Source: Burkholderiales bacterium
Lineage (GTDB): Bacteria; Pseudomonadota; Gammaproteobacteria; Burkholderiales; SG8-39
Assembly (NCBI GenBank): GCA_035489775.1
Contig: DATHJM010000370.1
Coordinates: 1 to 46,780, forward strand
Length of the DNA stretch: 46,780 nucleotides
Reading direction: 5' to 3'
Below, piece by piece: positions 42,092 to 46,780 of this stretch. Positions within the stretch are counted from its first letter, which is position 1. The number at the start of each line of letters is the position of its first letter. The position numbers and the translations under genes are program-made. The notes below the pieces were generated by a model. It ran no database searches, was not told the DNA's origin, and saw only the letters and a program-made list of their open reading frames with translations.

Positions 42092-42505
42092 ATGAGAGTC
42101 TTCGCGGTCCTGATCGCGCTTGTCCTGCTCGTCTCCGGATACTTCCTGTTCGTCTTCAATTGGAGCTACTCGGAAGGCGAGCGCGCCGGTTGGATTCAGA
42201 AATTCTCCAGCAAAGGATGGCTGTGCAAGACCTGGGAGGGGGAATTGGCGATGGTGTCGATGCCCGGCTCGATGTCCGAGAAGTTTTTCTTCACGGTCTG
42301 GGACGATTCGACCGCCGAAGAGATCAACAAGGTGATGGGAAAACGGGCTTCTCTCCACTACGAAGAAAAGGTCGGGATTCCGACGACTTGCTTCGGGGAG
42401 ACCCGGTACTACGTCACCAAAGTCAGCGTGGTTGAGGAGATTCCCCTCGCGCCCGGAGTGGTGGTGCCGGCGCCGCAGGCCCCCGCGCCGCCGGCCAAGC
42501 AGTAG
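42092..42505 (+). CDS. Hypothetical N-terminally anchored protein with a Pro/Ala-rich tail
   Basis: 137 aa with GAGGAGAG Shine-Dalgarno. TM/signal anchor VFAVLIALVLLVSGYFLFVF, two Cys residues (WLCKTW, TTCFGE), and tail PLAPGVVVPAPQAPAPPAKQ. No family recognised. Confidence 0.55.
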   Translation: MRVFAVLIALVLLVSGYFLFVFNWSYSEGERAGWIQKFSSKGWLCKTWEGELAMVSMPGSMSEKFFFTVWDDSTAEEINKVMGKRASLHYEEKVGIPTTCFGETRYYVTKVSVVEEIPLAPGVVVPAPQAPAPPAKQ

Positions 42506-43477
42506 CTAAAATCCGATCCGCTGCCTTTTCGGCGACCGGGCCTCGCCGATATCGGAGACGTCGATTTCGTCGCGGCCCGCAAGCTTCGCGTTGCCGAACG
42601 CGTTCATGATGGCGCGGCGCATTTCCCGCGGCGAGAGCTCCGCGAATCGCTCCTGCACATCCTGCGCGAGCCCCTCGGGAAAGTCCTTGCCCCAGTCGTG
42701 GCTGCCGCGAATCTCGCCGTAGATCGCCTGCGCGATGCGGCCGGAACCGTCGCGGTCGGGCGACCCGACCTCGTAGACGTTCATGCGGTTGAGGATCGGA
42801 TCCGGGATTCTGGATTCTTCGTTTGCAGTGGCGATCCAGACCACGCCCGAGGCATCGATGGGGATCTCGACGAACTCATCCACGAACTCGGCCGCGGTGT
42901 CGCGCTCGAGCAGCATGTACAGCGCACCCAGCGGATCGTACTGATTGCCGCCGCCCGCCTTGTCGAGCTCGTCGACCATGACCACCGGGTTGGCGTAGGT
43001 GCCGTTCAGGATGGTCTCGAATACCTTTCCGGGCTTGGCGTTCTTCCATTGCGATGAAGCCCCGGAGATGACCCAGCCTGCGGTCATCGAGCTCATCGAG
43101 CACAGACCAAAACCCGTGGAGAGGAGCTGCGACAGGCGCCGGCCGAAATAGGTCTTGCCGATTCCGGGCTCTCCGAGCAGAAGAATCGGCGGCAACTCCA
43201 TGCAGTCGTTCGACGAAGCACACAGCGCGATGTGCTTCTTGACGTCGTCTAGGACTTCCGCGAAGTTGGGAAGCTCGTCGTAGAGACTTTCCATCGCCGG
43301 AATGCCCGAGGGCTTCACCGTGAGGCGGGTGCCGCCCGCCTTGATCATTTTTTCATAGGTGGACTTCAGCGCATCGTTCGCCGAAGCGGAAAGTTCCTGC
43401 AACGCGCGGTCGACTTCCGCGACGTCATAGACATCCTTGAATCCTCCGATCGGGATGTTGACCGCTTCTGTCGTCAT
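42506..43477 (-). CDS. Stand-alone AAA+ ATPase with a Lon-like ATPase module (no protease domain)
   Basis: ATG 43477 is preceded by GGAGG (the track TTG start at 43498 is less likely). Walker A LLLGEPGIGKTYFGRRLS, Walker B VVMVDELDKAG, and sensor/Arg-finger region WIATANEESRIPDPILNRMNVYEV, resembling Lon/AAA modules. Confidence 0.8.
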   Translation of the reverse strand: MTTEAVNIPIGGFKDVYDVAEVDRALQELSASANDALKSTYEKMIKAGGTRLTVKPSGIPAMESLYDELPNFAEVLDDVKKHIALCASSNDCMELPPILLLGEPGIGKTYFGRRLSQLLSTGFGLCSMSSMTAGWVISGASSQWKNAKPGKVFETILNGTYANPVVMVDELDKAGGGNQYDPLGALYMLLERDTAAEFVDEFVEIPIDASGVVWIATANEESRIPDPILNRMNVYEVGSPDRDGSGRIAQAIYGEIRGSHDWGKDFPEGLAQDVQERFAELSPREMRRAIMNAFGNAKLAGRDEIDVSDIGEARSPKRQRIGF

Positions 43478-43683
43478 TCTGCCTCCAGGCAAACACAACT
43501 TATCACGCAGGAACGATGTCTACAAATCCATCTGACATCTTCAACGGGCTATGGTTTCGCTGCGTTGACAGGCGTTCTGGCACTCCGGCACGGAGTCTGC
43601 CAACGGCGTGACTTATTTGCGATCGGAGGAAACGCCCAACGGATTTATTCGGGTAAAATCCAAGCTTTTCAGCTTCTTAGAGA

Positions 43684-44778
43684 ATGTCCGCCGCACCGGC
43701 GACAGCCATGCACTTCAAAGTCGACGACGTCAGAATCCAGGACATCAAAGAGCTCGCTCCGCCTGTACAGCTGCTGCGCGAGTTTCCCTGCTCTGAGAAA
43801 ACCGAGGAGCTGACCTACAACACGCGGCAGGCGATTCACCGCATCCTTCACGGATCGGACGATCGGGTGCTCGTGATCATCGGCCCGTGTTCCATGCATG
43901 ATCCCAAGGCCGGCCTGGAGTACGCGCGCAAGCTTGTCGAAATGAAAAAGGAGCTCGAGCGGGACCTGGTCATCGTCATGCGCGTCTATTTCGAGAAGCC
44001 CCGCACTACCGTGGGGTGGAAGGGGCTGATCAACGATCCGGATCTCGACGGCAGCTTCAAGATCGGCAAGGGGCTGCGCCTCGCGCGCCAGTTCCTCCTG
44101 GAAGTCAACGAACTGGGGCTTCCCGCAGGGAACGAATTTCTCGACATGATTTCGCCGCAGTACTACGCTGACCTGGTGAGCTGGGGCGCGATCGGAGCGC
44201 GCACCACGGAATCGCAGGTCCATCGCGAACTGGCATCCGGGCTGTCCTGCGCAGTCGGCTTCAAGAACGGCACCGACGGCAACGTGCGCATCGCGGTGGA
44301 CGCACTGAAGGCCGCACGCACGCCTCACCATTTCCTGTCCGTCACCAAGGAGGGGCACTCGGCGATCGTCTCGACCAACGGGAACGAGGACTGCCACATC
44401 ATCCTGCGCGGAGGCAAGCACCCGAACTATGACGCGGCGAGCATCGACGCGGCCGCCAAGGAACTGGCCGGCGCCGGGCTCGAGCAGCGCCTGATGGTCG
44501 ATTGCAGCCACTCGAACAGCCAGAAGATGTATCAGCGCCAGATCGACGTCGCGCGCGAGGTCGCGCGCCAGATCGCCACCGGAGAAGATCGCGTCATCGG
44601 ACTCATGGTCGAATCGCACCTCAAGGCGGGACGCCAGGACCTCGTTCCGGGAAAACCGCTCGTGTACGGCCAGAGCATCACCGATGCCTGCATCGGCTGG
44701 GAGGACAGCGTGCCGCTGCTGAAAAATCTCGCCGAAGCGGTGCGCAAGCGCCGGTTGGTAAAAGCTGAAGAATCCTAG
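43684..44778 (+). CDS. aroG: Class I (AroG/F/H-type) 3-deoxy-7-phosphoheptulonate synthase
   Basis: 364 aa with DDVRIQDIKELAPPVQLLREFP, RVLVIIGPCSMHDP, KPRTTVGWKGLINDP and MVDCSHSNS. The isoenzyme and feedback specificity cannot be told from sequence. An alternative ATG lies at 43708. Confidence 0.93.
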   Translation: MSAAPATAMHFKVDDVRIQDIKELAPPVQLLREFPCSEKTEELTYNTRQAIHRILHGSDDRVLVIIGPCSMHDPKAGLEYARKLVEMKKELERDLVIVMRVYFEKPRTTVGWKGLINDPDLDGSFKIGKGLRLARQFLLEVNELGLPAGNEFLDMISPQYYADLVSWGAIGARTTESQVHRELASGLSCAVGFKNGTDGNVRIAVDALKAARTPHHFLSVTKEGHSAIVSTNGNEDCHIILRGGKHPNYDAASIDAAAKELAGAGLEQRLMVDCSHSNSQKMYQRQIDVAREVARQIATGEDRVIGLMVESHLKAGRQDLVPGKPLVYGQSITDACIGWEDSVPLLKNLAEAVRKRRLVKAEES

Positions 44779-44992
44779 CGACAACCGGGGACAAGCCACG
44801 TTTTTTCATCGAGCCAAGGAAGCCGGCGACCCGGGATCGGGCCGTGGTCTGTCCCCGGTCTTCTGGGGCACCGCTGCGCTGATCCTCGCGTTCAAGCTCT
44901 GGCTGTCCGCGGTCTTTCCTTTCACCGGCGACGAAGCCTATTTCGCCTACTGGGGCGCGCTCCCCGACTACGGCTACTACGATCATCCGCCG

Positions 44993-46354
44993 ATGATCGG
45001 CTGGCTGCTGTTCCTGATGCTCAAGCTGTCGCACGCCGAATGGGTGCTGCGGCTGCCGGTGACCCTGCTGCCCTTCGCGCTCGCAGCGGGAATCTATTTC
45101 GTGCTGCGCCGCGCCGACGAGACGAAGGCGGCGCTCGCCGCGCTCGCCTTTTTGCTGCTCCCTGCGAATGTATGGGGTGTCTTCATCACCACCGACACGC
45201 CGCTAATTTTCTTTTCCTTCGCCTCGGCGTTCGCATTCTGGCAGGGGATCGTCCGGCGCTCGCCGGGCTGGCAGGCGCTCGCCGGCGCATTTCTCGGGCT
45301 GGCGTTTCTTTCGAAGTATTTCGCGGTCCTGTTGGGATTGGCCTACGTCGCTTACGCAGCTTTCTCTCCCCGCGGGCAGCGCGATTGGCGCGGCCTTGCG
45401 CTCGTCGTGCTGTGTTCGCTTCCGTTCTGCCTGGTCAACCTCTGGTGGAACTACGAACACTGCTGGGCGAACCTGATGTTCAATCTTTACAACCGGCACG
45501 AGACTGCCGGCTGGTCCTGGAAGACGCCGCTCCTCTACGCCGTCTCGGTGCTCTACCTGCTCAGCCCGGTCGCCCTCTGGCAGCTCGCAAGGAAACGCCG
45601 GACCGCGGCCGCCGCCCTCGGCGATCCGGCGGTGCGATTTTTCGTCGTCGTCTTTGCGCTCCCCTTCGGATTCTTCGCCGTGCTCTCCGCGGTCAAGCTG
45701 ATCGGCTTGCACTGGATGCTCGCCTTCGTGCCTTTCTTTTTCGTCTCGGCAGGCTGGTTCCTGTCGCCCGAGCAGCTGCGGCGCTCGGTCGTGTACCTCG
45801 GGGCATTCAGCGCGCTCCACGTCGCCGCAATCATCGCCGTGGCGATGCTTCCGCTCGACACCTGGAAGAGCACGCGTTTCTACGACGGCATCGTGTACCA
45901 CGTCCGCATGCCTGCGATCCTTCGCGAGCTGGAATCCTACGGGGAGGGATTCGATTTCGCGACCGACGGGTATTCGATGTCGGCAGTCGCGTCGTTTCAT
46001 GCGCGCCGGCCTGTGGCCGTCTTCGGCGCGGCGTCCTCGCACGCGAGGCACGACGACATCCTGACCGACTTCAGGCGGCTCGACGGCAGGAACATCCTGG
46101 TGCTGCGCAAGGATGCGCCCGGCGATGCCGAGTATGGTCCCTACTTCCGCAGCGTCGAATACAGGGAGTTCACGCTTTCGGGCGCGACCTTCCATGTCGT
46201 GATCGGCCGCGGATTCGATTTTGCCGAATACCGGGAGCGGGTGCTGAAGCCGGTGCGCGAGCGCTTCTACGCCATTCCCCGGTACCTGCCTCAGGGACAT
46301 TGCTATTTCTGCGAGCGCTATTTCGGTGCTCCCACCTGCCCGGCAAAGGACTGA
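44993..46354 (+). CDS. GT-C fold glycosyltransferase family 39 (ArnT/PMT-like); coordinates are the ATG-bounded ORF, but homology continues upstream
   Basis: 453 aa, polytopic. The same frame is open back to 44762. That upstream stretch encodes ...VFWGTAALILAFKLWLSAVFPFTGDEAYFAYWGALPDYGYYDHPPM, which is TM1 plus the conserved DE loop of GT39 enzymes, with no in-frame ATG/GTG/TTG. See findings. Confidence 0.8.
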   Translation: MIGWLLFLMLKLSHAEWVLRLPVTLLPFALAAGIYFVLRRADETKAALAALAFLLLPANVWGVFITTDTPLIFFSFASAFAFWQGIVRRSPGWQALAGAFLGLAFLSKYFAVLLGLAYVAYAAFSPRGQRDWRGLALVVLCSLPFCLVNLWWNYEHCWANLMFNLYNRHETAGWSWKTPLLYAVSVLYLLSPVALWQLARKRRTAAAALGDPAVRFFVVVFALPFGFFAVLSAVKLIGLHWMLAFVPFFFVSAGWFLSPEQLRRSVVYLGAFSALHVAAIIAVAMLPLDTWKSTRFYDGIVYHVRMPAILRELESYGEGFDFATDGYSMSAVASFHARRPVAVFGAASSHARHDDILTDFRRLDGRNILVLRKDAPGDAEYGPYFRSVEYREFTLSGATFHVVIGRGFDFAEYRERVLKPVRERFYAIPRYLPQGHCYFCERYFGAPTCPAKD

Positions 46355-46358
46355 CCCG

Positions 46359-46780
46359 ATGACGAGCGCTCTCATCCGCCTTATGCGCCCACACCAGTGG
46401 ATCAAGAACGGGTTCCTTTTCATCGGCCTGGTTTTCGGCCACGGATGGAGCGACGCAAGGCTCGTCGGGGAAGTGCTTGCCTTGTTCGCCGCCTTCTGCC
46501 TGGTGTCGAGCGCCGCGTACATCTTGAACGACATCGCCGACCGGGATGCCGACCGCCTGCATCCGCAAAAGCGGGAACGGCCGCTCGCTCGGAGCGAGAT
46601 CGGCGTGGGCGCCCCGATCGCGCTGTGCATCGCGCTCGCGCTGGGGGGGCTCGCGCTCGCGGCCGCCGTCTCGCTGCCGGCGCTGGTGATCGCCGCCGCC
46701 TATGTCGTGCTCAACATCGGATACAGCGCCGGGCTGAAGCACGTGGCGATTCTGGATGTGTTCATGATCGCCGGCGGATT
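46359..46780 (+). CDS. UbiA-superfamily polyprenyl-phosphate phosphoribosyltransferase (DPPR synthase-like), 3' end outside window
   Basis: The ATG at 46359 lies 5 nt after the GT39 stop, and the frame is open to the window end. MTSALIRLMRPHQWIKNGFLF..., YILNDIADRDADRLHPQKRERPLA, YSAGLKHVAILDV. This is the pattern of M. tuberculosis Rv3806c-type enzymes. It is absent from the track because it has no stop. Confidence 0.8.
   Translation, partial: MTSALIRLMRPHQWIKNGFLFIGLVFGHGWSDARLVGEVLALFAAFCLVSSAAYILNDIADRDADRLHPQKRERPLARSEIGVGAPIALCIALALGGLALAAAVSLPALVIAAAYVVLNIGYSAGLKHVAILDVFMIAGG

Noticed and set aside
43499-43683. Small ORFs 43565..43813 and 43608..43796 in the AAA+/aroG divergent region, and a TyrR-box-like element
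   Set aside because: Both ORFs run into aroG out of frame and have no Shine-Dalgarno. I found no TGTAAA-N6-TTTACA. The region contains only a TTGACA hexamer (about 43566) and a GGATTT...AAATCC repeat around a TAAAAT, which is not enough to call a promoter or operator.

Overview
GC-rich (mid-60s % by eye) chromosomal core region with beta/gammaproteobacterial synteny. I found no rRNA, tRNA, CRISPR array, transposase, integrase or phage gene. Gene blocks, in order: (1) distal dcw cluster ftsW(partial)-murG-murC-murB-ddl-ftsQ-ftsA-ftsZ-lpxC. (2) DciA-like/M23 peptidase divergent pair, then secA-argJ-DUF815 ATPase-Nudix::TenI fusion and an orphan receiver. (3) Minus-strand yacG-zapD-coaE-pilD-pilC, with no pilB. 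(4) CorB/CNNM-like and YpjD-like genes divergent from ffh, then a lipocalin-like gene and rpsP-rimM-trmD-rplS. (5) ribBX-ribH-nusB-thiL-pgpA-pncC. (6) A signal-peptide SAM methyltransferase plus a complete AmmeMemoRadiSam module (Memo::AMMECR1 fusion and radical SAM enzyme) sitting between pncC and recA-recX. (7) VIT and NupC transporters, alaS, a small membrane protein, an orphan Lon-like AAA+ ATPase and DAHP synthase. (8) A GT-C/GT39 glycosyltransferase followed by a UbiA-type polyprenyl-phosphate phosphoribosyltransferase, cut by the window end. Many neighbouring genes overlap by 4 nt (ATGA/GTGA), so operons are tightly coupled. The many long antisense or out-of-frame ORFs in the track are high-GC artefacts. 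I see no convincing defence or mobile island. The best leads are: (a) a Shine-Dalgarno-preceded 49-codon ORF right after ftsZ whose C-terminus copies the FtsZ C-terminal tail; (b) the fused AmmeMemoRadiSam module with its coupled exported methyltransferase; (c) the GT39 + phosphoribosyltransferase pair, where the GT39 N-terminus has no canonical in-frame start; (d) the orphan AAA+ ATPase. All functional calls rest on motif recognition in the supplied translations, and no database search was possible.
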